From Psammoneis japonica (Eukaryota): DNA of 64,000 nucleotides. The stretch covers positions 372,001 to 436,000 of the forward strand of contig QPGO01000012.1 of assembly GCA_008632985.1 (NCBI GenBank). Direction: 5' to 3'. The notes beneath the pieces are model-generated. The model did not search any database. It was not told the DNA's origin and saw only the letters and a list, made by a program, of their open reading frames with translations. The position numbers and the translations under genes are program-made. Position 1 is the stretch's first letter, and each line of letters starts with the position of its first letter. This document shows, piece by piece, positions 36,800 through 49,211 of this stretch.

Positions 36800-36963
36800 G
36801 TGGCCGTTGTGTTCTTCGTCATGGCCGTGACGACCAGTTGCGGCCACGAGTTGGCGACGGTTTGCTCCCGCGCTTTTCTCGCGTGGATCGCGCGCTTCTA
36901 CCTTTTGTTTACGGTAGGCCCTACATACAGTACGGTACAGTAGGGCCCGCTCTACGTGTCTGA

Positions 36964-39286
36964 ATGAGATCATTGCGTCACAGCCATTACGCAACGAACA
37001 GGCAGTCCGACGGCCGCCATGCAACAGTTATCATCAACGACCGGAAAAAGCACACGGCATCGAATTCACACTAAGTGAAAGCCAAGAAGGTTGCACCAGT
37101 CACATTGATCAAACACAGGAATTGTCAAGAACAACATTGTGTGGTCCATGCACTCTCTCCAAGCTTTTTGCCAGCACCAGCGCCGCAGCGAAACACAGCA
37201 GAGCCCTGGTCAGACACTCTCTGGAACGGCCTTGCTTGTTGGGTCATTGTTTTCACACACAAGCTTGGCAAGCAAAAAAGAAGAAAGGCGTTCCAGTGGG
37301 AGAATGGCCAAAGCAAGAATGCCCAGCTGGTGGCATCAAAACAAGGCCTCAAATGTGCTGCCGCCAAGATGTGCCACCCAGCAGCAGCCCAAACAAGAAG
37401 CGGGGAAAGTCCAAGAGCAAATGGCCAGAATGAAGGCAAGAGCCACCATTGGCTGCTCTCTCCTTGGCCCCTCCATTGACAAGATGGGTGCCAGTGCTCT
37501 GTGCAAAGTGCAAAAGAGTTGCTTGCATCATCTGGCAACAAAAAAAGAGAACAAAATGCTGTTGGCTTGACGTTCATTCAAAAAGTGCTCACTGCAGAGG
37601 CACGAATGGTGTCGGTGGTGGCAAAGAAGCAGCTGTCTGGCTGGTGAGGGCATTCTTGGTGGAAGCTGCAAACTCATTTTCAAGAAGCCTCCAAAAAAAC
37701 TCACCACTGTGGTGGTGGCTTCTTGTGCCAAGTTGGTGCTTGTCTTTGTTGAGGACAACAGCTGATTGTTGCACTTTTACAAGCTTTTGTCTCAGTTTCC
37801 TGGTGTCTTTGAAAAGGCAGCCAGTTGGCACTGTTGTTCTGCCTGAACTTTTGCTCATCCATGCACCTCTTTAGCCAAAGTCCAACTTGGCATGCACACT
37901 CTCAAATCATGTGCTGCTGGCATTCTTCACAAAGGAGGAAAACAGCATTTTGTCGATGGTTGGAGATGATGACTGTCACTCTGCACAGCTGTGCAATGAA
38001 CCCAACTTGCATTGACCAACATTTCAAGAAATCCACAAGACAGAAAAACAAATCAAAAACAAAAAACAGCTGCAAGCACAAGTCACAGCATGGTTCAAGC
38101 TCCAGCCTGTTTGTGTGCAAAATGCATGTAGAGACATCACATTGCACACACAGTCAATCTAAAGTGGACATCTGAAGTTGATTTTGAGTTGATTGTCCTG
38201 GTTTGCCCAGCCAAGCCAATGTGCTTGACACTTCTTTGTTGTTTGTTTGTCTCAAAGATGTGATCTGTCTCTTTTGGGTCTCATCACCATCAAGTCCTGT
38301 TTTCCTGATGAGTGCTTTGACCAAGCCCTTGCTTTGAGCTTTGTGTTGGCACCACTGCACTTTCTTGCAACAAAAGCAAAGCAGCAGTTTTGTGGTTTTT
38401 GCATTTGTGCACACAGCACAGCAGTTTGGTGTGTGTGTGACATTTTTTGTGCATCTGGACAATGGATCACAATCACCAAATGGCACATTGCAAAAAGCAG
38501 CTTTGTGGATGAGGTTTTGGAAGTGGCATGCAAGAAAGAGGTCAAGAATTGCAAACGAACACAGCATGTGCCGGGCAAAGAATTGAGGCTGCATTGTTGC
38601 TGTGCCTGTTGAAATCTCCTTTAATGTCCAGCTGTTGGCATTCATTGAGTGCAGTGCTGTGGCCCTTTGTCACCCACCCTTGCAGCGAAGCTTCTCAAGG
38701 CTTTCACATTCACTCCCATGCTCAACTGTGCTGCAGCCACTCCTGGAGAGGCACTCTGACAGTTGAGGGCAAATCATGAGGCAGTGCCCAGTGCAAAGTC
38801 ATTGGCATGAGTTGAGCACAACTTGTGCAAAAAGCAAGTGTCAAGCTCAAGCCTGTTGTTTCAATTTTGATAAAAACAAGGGTGACAATCACAACCACTG
38901 TCCTCAACCTGTGTTGGAACAAGCTCATTTGCAAGAAAACACAGTGCGGCATTGTTTCTTTGTGACTTGTGAGTTTGTGGCATGCCAAAGGAAGTGAAAA
39001 TGTTTGACCCATGTGAAGCAAGCCTCGTCAATGTGGCTGAAGCAGAACCTGTGAATGTCAAAAATGTCAACAATTTGCTGAACAAGCTCCATGACTTTTT
39101 GCAGGAGAGACTCCCCTCATCATTCCTGGGTTCAACTTTGCCTTCCCTTGGTTCTTTGCAGATGATGGAACTGTGCGTGGCTGGCTGTGCATGCTTTGCA
39201 GAGGCCAGCTTTGGCCATTGGATCTTGGCCATGGCAAACCAAAAAAGGCACCAACCTTGCAGACCCAAATGCGAGATGATTCAATG
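36964..39286 (+). repeat. Dispersed repeat element of about 2.3 kb, copy 1
   Basis: Colinear with 47672-51336 from TGAGAT..CATTGCGTCA to CAACCTTGCA.ACCCAAA...GATTCAA. Lacks the MITE insertion (empty site CCCAGCTGG near 37322). Confidence 0.88.
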
Positions 39287-42200
39287 AAGGTCTGCTTTGC
39301 TTGCTGCTCCATTTGCTGCAAGCTTCAAGCCAAAGTGACAAAGGAAAGTCACTGTGGTTGTGCCAGCATTTGTGGGACTTTCAGCAGGGTGAGAAAGATG
39401 GATCTTGATGTTTGTTCTCAATTTTTGTGAGAGCCCTGCTCTTGAATGGTGCTCCCATTCATCTTTCATGGTGGTGTCTGGAAGGGAGAAAATTGCAGCC
39501 CATGACAATTTTGGGGTGTCATCACCCAGTGCTTTCATGGGATCTTTTTGCACACATCCCGCAACTTGCTTCAGTCAAAGGTTTGGTGGAATTTGCAGGT
39601 GCTTCCAAGCACTGCCACAAAGCAACCACATGCCCAGCAGGGGACCTTGACAATTGCAGAGAATGTTGCAGCAGAAAGAACTCTTTCCAAGTTGGTCAAT
39701 GCTCAAGATCATGCATGCTTTTGCTGCATCATCAGTGGCACTCCTGTGGAAACAACCACCCTCACACTAAAGCACAAAAACTTTTGCAAAAACCACCACT
39801 TGGCTGCCTGCAACAGCCCAGCTGGTGCATTGAGAGTGCTCCTGCCAATGGCTGCCATTTGGCCAGGTGCTTTGCACAAGTTCCCACAGCTTGCACCCCA
39901 GCCCACCTTTCCAAAATTGTGCAAAACCTTCAAGATGTGACTCTGGAAATCTTGGCTTCTTGTCAATTTGTCCCAAACAATTTCTTCAAATGCACTGTTG
40001 TTTGCTCCAGTTGACTGCTCAGTCAGAAGTGTGACAGTCAGACTGCACTCCCACTGCCCCACACAAGATCTCCATGGATTCAAGAAAAGCCAAAACTTGA
40101 CAAATCTGTTTCTTGATTGTGCCACATTTTCTGGCAATGCACTGCAGATCAGAGAGCTCCTGGATGCACTCTTTTCCTCCTGCATGGCTGCCAAAACTGT
40201 GTCAAACAGATTGGTGCTGAGGGTGTCCTTGGTTTGCCTCATGATCCCTCCAACAGAATGATGGTGTGTTGGGGCCACTCCCCAACCAAGTGCTTGCACA
40301 ATTTTTGTGCTGAGATGAACTTTGGAGCAACTTGTCTCTAGAGAGTGTTGCTGTGTTGGAAGCCAAGCATCTTGAGATTGTTCTTGCATGGTGTGCAGTG
40401 TCACAGAGTGCATTTTTACATTGTTGCTCCTTCCACATGTGCGCTGGTCATGTCAGTGTGTCAAAAAAGCAAAGCCAATGATGCCACTTCTTTTGATGCC
40501 ACAGCCAGGCAGACAAGCAGGGGTTCACAGAATGTCTCCTTTTGGGATCTCCCTGCAGGTCCCACCTCTGATGTTTGAGAATGCCAGTGATCCAGATGTT
40601 CCTGAGGTGCCATTTTTGAGCAGAGGAGTCTCCCACAAAATCTGCTGGAGAGGTGTCAAACAGCATGGGTGGTTCTTGGGCCCCATTCTTGTGGGCTGTT
40701 GTTCTCTTGAAATGCTCACATCTTGTTTCTTCTTGCTTTCTCAGGGCAAAAAGAACAGGGTGTGGCATGAGTGCAGCAGCATGACACCTGGAGAGTGGGG
40801 CCCTGCAGTGCAATGCTGCAGCAATTTTGGGGCAAGGAGAAAGGGTGGAGTTGGACAAACATCCAATTGAGCAGCTCTGCCTTGGCCACTGGTGGCATTT
40901 GTTTGTCACATTTGACAGAAAACCAGCTTTGCCAATTTTGATCATTTGTTCAAGAGAGAGAGACACAAACTGGCCTCATCATCATGAGAGGTGTCTCCAC
41001 ACTGACCACAACATCAACAATGACAGGGGAAAGGAGTGGGAAGTGAGAAGATGTGAACTCTTTTTGTGTTTGCTCAAACTTCGCCAGCCCCCTCTGACCA
41101 CCATTGTCACCCAGAGGATGAGTGAGGGGCCAGGACAAAAAGGACACATGAAACACAATCCCAAACAGCAATGGCAAAAAGTTGAAATGAAGTTCACTGT
41201 GAGTTTGAAAGTTGATGAACATGCAAGTCAAAATGCAGAGCATGCATTTGCTTCACCCGTTCACTCTTTTGTTTGCATGTCTGAAGCACGCTTGCCAAAC
41301 AAGAGTTGAGAGTTGATCATTTTTGGACATTGACCATGCAACCAGGGCCATGTGTCATGCAGCATTGATGACTGCCAAAAAGTTAAGATGAAGCTCACTG
41401 TGTGCTTTTGCTTGTTGACAGACACTTGAGTCAAAATGATTGCACAGAGAGAGTGATGATGAGATGAGTGAGCTGACAATGGAAGCATTTCATGGATTGC
41501 ATTTTGTCGTGCATGGTGAGATCAGCAACAAATGTTTTGGGGGTCATGATGGTCAGAGTTCAGAGTTCTCATTTGTGGCAGAGCTCAAGAGTGTGCGACA
41601 AAGCCATTGGCTCACAAAGCCACAACCCAACAAATCAGCAACAAAGCTTCACATTTTGTCCATTGCTTCCACACTGTCCTTGGCTGTGTGGCTGCTTTGA
41701 GCAGCAAAATTGAGAATCACTGGTTCCAGCACTGCAGCCCTCCAGCTGCTGGAGAGTGGAGGACCCTGCTGCAGCTGTGGTGCCCTGCATGCCCCACCCT
41801 TGACCAGGGGTCTGTGGAGCTGGTTGCAACATGGCAGAAGTTCTGTGTGCATGTTGTGAACATGGCACACCAACACACAATGCACCTCTCTTTGGTCAAT
41901 GCTTTTTGGGTGCATTTCTCTTTAGTTCTTTTTGTTGTCAGCATTGAAGAACCCAAGCATTGTGGCAATGCACAGCAACCACTTTCACGCAGATGTGCTG
42001 TTGGTCCAATGACCATCCAGCCAGGCCAGCTTGCCAGCCACACACACTTGTGGCCCTGCTGCTGGCAACAACCATGACTGAGATGCAACAACACATTGAC
42101 ACAAAGCGGCTGTTTGCAGCAGAAGAGGGAAAGAACAAAAGAAACCGTTAAATCAGCCATGTTTGTTTCAAGCATGTGTGGCTCTGCTGTGGCCTTGGCC

Positions 42201-44490
42201 TTTGCTCTGGATGCCTTGTGGCTTGCACTTGTTGCAATGAGACACAGGAGTGGGCTGACAAAAACTGTCCGCACTGCACTCTGCACATGACATGTGCAAA
42301 TGGGAAGAGCAAATGTGACCATCAGATCCACCACAATTATTTTGGCCTTGTGCTGGGCCTCTGACTGCTCTTGCCTTGGCCTTCTTTTAAGATGCCTTGT
42401 GGTTTGCAGCAACAATGTTTTGCATGACAAACAATCTGTTCTGTCAGTGTTCTGCACACAAGCTGTCACATTCAATCTCACATTTTGTGCCATGGATCCC
42501 ATTCAATTGATGTCATCAAACACGTTGAACGTCATCATGAATGATCAACAAAAGTTGTCACAAATGGGATTTGAGCATGCCATGGCACATTGCACCCATT
42601 TCTGTTTGTTGCAGTTGGTTGATTGTTGCATTTGGGGTGTGGCTCCATGTGTCCTGGCATGCAGAAGGTGAAGAAATGCATGAGAAAATGTGACAAAGTG
42701 GCACTCTTGGCACCCCCCCCCCCCCCCCCCCTGGGAAATCCCATGGCACAACCAACCTGTGATTTCAGAGTGGAGAGAGACTGTGCATCATCACACTCAA
42801 TGTGTGCATGCAGTGCCCAGACATTTTGCACCTCAGGCCTGCTGACCAACACAAAATGAGGGAAGGATGAGGGATGAGCAGGACCAACAATTCAACCCAA
42901 CATCACAAAGGCCTCTAGTTCTCAGTTGAAAGCACCAAAACAAACAAGCACAGCAGACCAAAGTCAGCCAATGATGCGCACACCAAGTGCCTTTCATGAA
43001 GCAGCAAAAATGAGGCAATTTTCATTGTCTTCAAAGGTGTCAGTCTTCCTTGTCTTGTTCCCACGATCTTCTCAAAATTGCAGGATCCTCAGGAGACAAC
43101 ACGAATGACAGTGTGCCATCATCTGCAACAGCCATTGATGGGAGTGTGCTCCTTTCTCTGCATCTGGACTCTACAGCAACTTGCTGCCAGCTCACATGGC
43201 TGCAAACAAACACTCAGCAGAGGAAGCAGACTGTCCATTCTGCTCAGCAAACAGCTGCTGTTGCTGCTGTTGTGACTCCATGGTGCCAATTCTCTGTCCC
43301 GATGCCAGTTTGTGCAATGGTGACCTTGACTTGGTTTCCAGTGGAGGAGAAAATGACAGGATGACCAGCGGGACTCTGCCAAGAGATGCTGATTTCAAGG
43401 CATCTCTAGTTTCTTGCAGCAAAGTGAAAAGCAATGAATCCAGTGGTCAGAAAGGAGAAAGCTTGCATCATTCATCTGGTGCCACCGGTGCGAGGAGTCT
43501 TGACCATGAACCTCAATTTCCCGATGCGTGGTCAAGACTCTGTTGCAAATGTGCAACAACCAAAGATGACTGCCACAGCATTCACTCTGAGATTGAGCTG
43601 CAACATGGGGAACACTTTGGATGGGTGCTCTTGGAGTTGCAACGATGTTTCCCAACTGTGAAAAAAAAGCTCCAAGGTGTCGCCCTGCTTCTGTTTCTCA
43701 TAAAACGATCCCAAAGTCAAGCGACCAGCCCCAATCTGTCCTTTCTCAGCAGACACCATGTGGCCTCAAAGAGCACTGTCAATTCATCAGTGGACTGGCT
43801 GTCTTGACGATTGCATTGGTGAGACAAAGAATGTTGCTGTGTCAGGTTTTGTCAATCGTCATGTGCATGGAGTGGCTTTCAGCAAACGTGCGGCAGTGTT
43901 TGTTCTTTTGCTTGTGGTCTTCTTGCTGGGGCTTCTGCCAAAGCTGTTCATTTCAAAAGCCATTCCTGCCGAGACATCTCCTGCATCAACAAACTGAGCC
44001 ATGAAATCCTTGAATGTGGCAACACCACCATCCATGAACTTCTTGAACACTTGGGAAACTTCACACGGCACTGTCACTGCTGGCGAACCTGCCAACAATT
44101 TAAAAGATTTGTGCCATCAGCAGATGCTGTCTCAGCCCTTGGAACATTTGTTCAAACAGCTCCGCCTGTGCTGCACATTTGCCAAACCCCATGATCCCAT
44201 CTTGGAAGCAACTGCTGTCTGTGCTGGTGTTCAGAACCTTGAAAAGTCTGGGGTCTTCAGTGATGCAATCAAGGACTGGCAAAAGATTGCCACAGTTGAT
44301 CAGACCTTGGATCATTTCAAGGTCCACTTTGCAGCTGCCAACAAGGAACACTTGTGCCAACTCACCACCAATCTCCCCTTCCCCCAACACCAGTTCACTG
44401 GCTTTGGCCTGCTCATGCAGCTCAACAAACACAAGATGGCACATGTCTCTTTTCCCAACACAGGTGTTTTTTGGCAAATGCAGTTCCAGA
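37075..44490. other. TpA- and CpG-depleted hypermutated domain 2
   Basis: Almost no TA and few CG dinucleotides. Partial recovery of TA between 44497 and 44880. Confidence 0.93.
43945..44370 (+). mobile_element. Copia-type (diatom CoDi-like) gag fragment
   Basis: IHELLEHL / HGTVTAGEPANNLKDL / QPLEHLFKQLRLCCTFA / LEKSGVFSDAIKDW / DQTLDHFKVHFAAANKE. Confidence 0.7.
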
Positions 44491-45424
44491 GGCATGTTAC
44501 TCCATGATTTTTTGTGAGGTTATGGGTCCATTAAAAGTGAATAAAATGCTGTCACTGGTGAACAAATTGATGCACAAGCAGCGAAAGAATGTGACACTTG
44601 TTCTCAAGCGGCGGCAGTGGTGGCTGGTGGGTGGCAATGATGATGGTGGGGGCGACAATCCATTTTCTAAATGTTCCCTCACCAACTGTCACATTGCACT
44701 GTTGACTAAATGGGCACATGTGTCATTGGACAAGACGCTGTGCAAACGTCCACCCAGCTTCACACCCCACTCAAGCATGGCAGAGCTGTGAGCTGGTGTG
44801 AGAGTTTTCAACACACACTCCTGTGAGCCACTTTGGCCACCAGTGAAGGGTGTTCCTAGCAGGATGGATGCGCAGTAAGTAATCTCTAGCATTGGATTGT
44901 GTGTAGCTAGTGCAGGGAGCACTCTGGAGTGCCGACAGAAATCTCATGGTCGAGCAACAAAAACTCGCGATGCTGAGTGTTGTCAGCTGACCTTTGACGG
45001 GAAACAGACAGACTTCCCAGAAATTGGAGTCATCGTCTGTCCATGCCACGTTTTTGTCGAATCTGCTATCTGGGGGACGTCTTCGGAAGTGAGACTGTCG
45101 AAGAAAGTTACGTAGAATTTGCACTAAAACAGTCTGTCAATCAGTGCGATTGGGGTATTTGGGATCGCTGGACAGATCCTACGTGTGTTTTTGTGCGTAC
45201 AAATTGTACTGGGAAAACCCCCAAACGCACTGGCGATCAGACCGCCTTCGTCGATCTCACTTCCTTTTGGTTTTCTAAAAAATACATAGCCCTACTCTAA
45301 CAACCTCAAACCCGGTGGCGATCACGATGACCGATTATTGTGGACAACGGTCCTTTGCGTAGGCTGCTCTGTTTCATCCCTCTTGATTCACCAACGCCTT
45401 ACAACTGTGGTTTTTCTAGAGAAG

Positions 45425-46624
45425 ATGTCAGCGGTCGCAGTACACGACGAAGCCGGGAATTTGTTGGGAAAAGTTCGAGTTGGGGATTCGAAGCTGGAAG
45501 CATTCGAGAGACTTTCACTGGACGCTGGCGCTCTCTTCGACAAGAACGGAATTGGCCTGTTAAATAGCGATAAGTTATCTTTGGAGGCAGAACCTTACAG
45601 GTATGCGCCACGGCATGGTGGTTCACAGAATACTCAGTCCTCCCTACAGCTTCTTGAAGAGGCCAAGGGATCGCCTCTCACCGACGCTGAAATTGAGTAC
45701 GCTCTTGTGAATTATGCCAGCCTCATCGAGGAGATTATGAGCAAGCCAGATCGACGAGCGAGAGCTCGATTGACCAGTCGGTTGTGGTTACGGATGAGCG
45801 TACGAATCAAGACACAGACTAGGCTTGCAGTCCGGGCGGACTACCTTTTCGATGGACCGGTGCCTGGGGCATTCGGGAACGTGGGGACTGAAGTTCAGTT
45901 TGTAGTAAAGGGGTCCTCCTTGTATTGCGCCAAGATTATGCTAGACAATGGTGTTCTACAAAAGGAGCATTTTGTGGCTACTGCTGTGCACGAAAATCAG
46001 ACTTGCCCGACCGTGATGCCCGTTCTCGACCTGGTATTGCTGCCCGGAGAACAACAACGAGTTGCAATGATCACCCCGTACTATCCGCTTTCATTGTCAC
46101 CGCTAGCGAATGGGAATTTACACGAAGAAGGATGCATCAACATTGCTCTTTGCGGCCTGGCAACAATTAAAGCCTTCAACGCAAAGAGTCTTTGCCATGG
46201 AGATATTAAACCCGGGAACATGATGCTGAGCGGGGGAAATAACAATGTTGTTGTTACGATTGACTTTGGATCAACCGTGAAATACGGAGAGAGTTTGGTG
46301 TCGGTAACACCACGACTGGGTCTTGACCGTCCACAAGAAGGATCACTTATGTATGACGTGACGTGCTTGGCATCGTCCATTTATTTGCTCGCCACAGGCG
46401 AAACTCTACCAGATACTGTTCTAGATTTGGTTGAAATCTTGGAATCCAAGCAGCGCGATGGAGTGCGGCCTGTTCTGCAGATTGCTCAGTGTTGTTTGGA
46501 AGAATCTTCCGACATTGATGCAATATGGATGCATTCTCAGGGATTTGTCAATGCTACCCGAACTCTGAATGAGTCCTTGCTGGTTTCTTTTGAAGAAATC
46601 TGGCCCGCACCACAATTATCTTGA
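45425..46624 (+). CDS. Intronless Ser/Thr protein kinase-like protein with a short N-terminal header domain
   Basis: YCAKIM (VAIK), HGDIKPGNMM, IDFG. Intact 399-aa ORF with normal Tyr and TA content. Confidence 0.85.
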   Translation: MSAVAVHDEAGNLLGKVRVGDSKLEAFERLSLDAGALFDKNGIGLLNSDKLSLEAEPYRYAPRHGGSQNTQSSLQLLEEAKGSPLTDAEIEYALVNYASLIEEIMSKPDRRARARLTSRLWLRMSVRIKTQTRLAVRADYLFDGPVPGAFGNVGTEVQFVVKGSSLYCAKIMLDNGVLQKEHFVATAVHENQTCPTVMPVLDLVLLPGEQQRVAMITPYYPLSLSPLANGNLHEEGCINIALCGLATIKAFNAKSLCHGDIKPGNMMLSGGNNNVVVTIDFGSTVKYGESLVSVTPRLGLDRPQEGSLMYDVTCLASSIYLLATGETLPDTVLDLVEILESKQRDGVRPVLQIAQCCLEESSDIDAIWMHSQGFVNATRTLNESLLVSFEEIWPAPQLS

Positions 46625-48079
46625 TTTTCTGATGCACAAGTCTGCATTTGCTTTTTTTGCTGCCAGGGTCCTGCTTAAAGCCACAATCCAAAAGAGAATT
46701 TTGCTGCAAGGCTTAAATTTAACCGAGTGACCGAGCAATTTTCGTCGCTGATGGCCTGGCGCTCCTTTCTGCGCTGATGCCCAGTGACCTCAAACCACAA
46801 TCTAGTTTACAAGGGCATGGGAATGTATCCCGCTGCACCAGAACTATTACAAAACCCCTGAAATATCTCCGGTTCAAACAACCCCATACCTCTATGACCT
46901 TCCACATCTGCTCGGATGCGAAACCACTCCCGATGTAGCTTCCGACAGTTCTGCTGAACTATTGTGCTGTTCCAAACGACTGGATTGGGACAAGACCAAG
47001 GTTTTAAGCACATTGTGAAGTGAATGCTTCTCGAATCCTCTAGTGGCCACGTCTGACATTGAACTTTCCGTCACGTCCTTTGGCATGGTAACCGGCTTCT
47101 CGTGCAACAATTTGAACGGATTCCATATCCACGAAGAGAGTATGACCTCGTTTCCCATCGCGCATGTCATTGGAATGAAGCGGGGAGACAATTGGAACAA
47201 CCATAATTGCAGCAGCAGTAGCAGCAAGTAATCAGCGACAGAAAATAACTATCAAGGGAGGAATGGATGGGATATAGGTAAAGTATCGTCGATTCATTAC
47301 GTCGCTTGTGTGTGTGGGGAACGCCGGAGTATGATTTCTATTACTTGTAGCAGACAAAACCTATCAATATGACAAGGAACGAGTGCGACCACCCTCAATG
47401 CATACTCCTTTATGCTCGATGCTCGTCGAAACATTGACTTAGCTCTTTTTCATTAGCTCATATTTTAATTGTTCACAAAAAAGCAAATGAAGAATAGTCT
47501 TTGGGTTCTAGACAGGTACGTACAGAAGACAACCGGGAAGATGGGCACCGAGGAAGGCGGAAACCGCTTTGACCCTCCATCCGGCGGGTGCTTTTGCACT
47601 CCCCTTCACGGACTAAGCTCTGCTGTACTTCGTGACATCGGCTCTTTGCCCCGAGTCTCGAAGCATGAAGGATGAGATCTCATTGCGTCATTCACGGGGT
47701 GCAAAAAAAAAAAAGAACAGTCCGACGCCATGCAACAATTGTTGTCATCAAGGACCGGAAAAAGTGCATGGCATCAAATTCAAGCTCGGTTGAAAGCCAA
47801 GCAGCTTGCACCAGTCACTTTGAAGAACAAAAATGACAGGAATCATTGGGAACAACATTGTGTGTGTGTTGGGGGGGGGGTCCACACAGTGCCACTCGCT
47901 CTCTCCAAGCTTTTTGCCAGCTCCAGCCAGAAAAAACAGCAGATCCCTGGTCAGACACTCCCTGGAATGATCTTGCTTGTTTGGTGGTTCTTTTCACACA
48001 AACTTGGCGGCTTTTTTCACTCAAACTTGGCAAGAAGAAAGATGTTCCAATGGGAGTGGCCAAAGAGTGCCCAGCAGCT

Positions 48080-49211
48080 GACGTGTTCCAGCCACGTTCG
48101 AACCAAATCGTGCACAAAAACGACATTTGCACGATTTTTGCACAGTCTCTGACTTGCCCACTGGTGCAACCTAACTTTCTCCACCAAAAGCACAGGTGGA
48201 TTTTTCCAAATTTTTATGTTTTGCAACACTGGCAAGACTCGCATCAGTGACGTGTTCCAGCCGCACGTGAACCAAAATCGTGCACAAAAACGACATTTCC
48301 GCGATTTTCGCACGGTCTCTGACTTGTGACCGAGCTTGCTCCACCAAAAGTGCAGATTTGTGCAAATTTGGAATGTTTTGCAACACTCACAAGACTCGCG
48401 TCAGTGTTGCAATGTCATGGTTTTTGTGCAATCTGTCTTTTTCGCAGCAACAAACGAACCGCAACACAATGGATGATTTTTGGCAAAATTGTTGCCGTTG
48501 TTTTGATGTTGACACAAACAATTTTTCCACAATGCTGTCTGGTGTCATTTCTGCCTGCAGACAAATCTCTGTGCAAAATGTGTGGCAGACAAATCTCTGT
48601 GCAAAATGTGCTGACGTGCAATCAGCATTGAGTCCACTGAGGGAATTTGTGATGCACATCCCATGAGGACTTTCATGCCAACAAAAGAACCAATTAAATG
48701 TGCGTGCTCCAGATGCCCACAAAAGCACATCCACTCAAGCATTTTACATGCAAACGCTCCATGCACAAGAGATGCATGATTTGCGCTCAAAATTGGTTGT
48801 CATTTTGTGCGTCACCTGGGGCCAGAACACGCCCAGTGTTGCAGCATCATTGTTTTTGTGTGAACTGCAATGCAGCGGATGGTTTTTGGCAAAATTGTTG
48901 CTGTGGTTTGGATGTCAACACAAACAAATTTTCTATGATGCTGTTTTGCAGGTGTTCTGCCTGCAGAGAAATCTCTGCACAAATGCACTGTCGCACAATC
49001 AGCATTGAGTCTGCTGAGGAAGTTCGGGGCACACATCCCATGAGGACTTGCACTCCAACAAAAAAGCTGTTTGAGCTTTCACACTCCAAACACCTGCAAA
49101 AGCCCATCTTCTTGAGCATTTCATGTGCAAATGCTCCACACACAAGAGACACACAATTTGCACTCAAAACGTTGACAGTGTTTTGTGCATCACCTGGGAC
49201 TGGAGCACGTC
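48080..49211. mobile_element. MITE copy B (outer), TSD AGCT
   Basis: AGCT|GACGTGTTCCAG ... CTGGAGCACGTC|AGCT. Confidence 0.9.
48249..48833. mobile_element. MITE copy C nested in copy B, TSD CAGT
   Basis: CAGT|GACGTGTTCCAG ... CCAGAACACGCC|CAGT. Contains an internal 28-bp tandem duplication at about 48557-48610. Confidence 0.88.

Noticed and set aside
36915..36948. Short inverted repeat GCCCTAC...GTAGGGC as a Helitron terminal hairpin
   Set aside because: The stem is only 7 bp, there is no CTRR end at the expected distance, and it is absent beside the second repeat copy.
42712..42730. Poly-C tract (and poly-G at 47870-47880) as a functional element
   Set aside because: Simple homopolymers inside decayed repeats, with unreliable length.
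39300..43900. Non-LTR retrotransposon remnant
   Set aside because: Only vague motif resemblances; too eroded to assign without a profile search.
46719..47227. Small minus-strand gene downstream of the kinase
   Set aside because: Short ORFs in different frames with no recognisable motif or clear splice structure.
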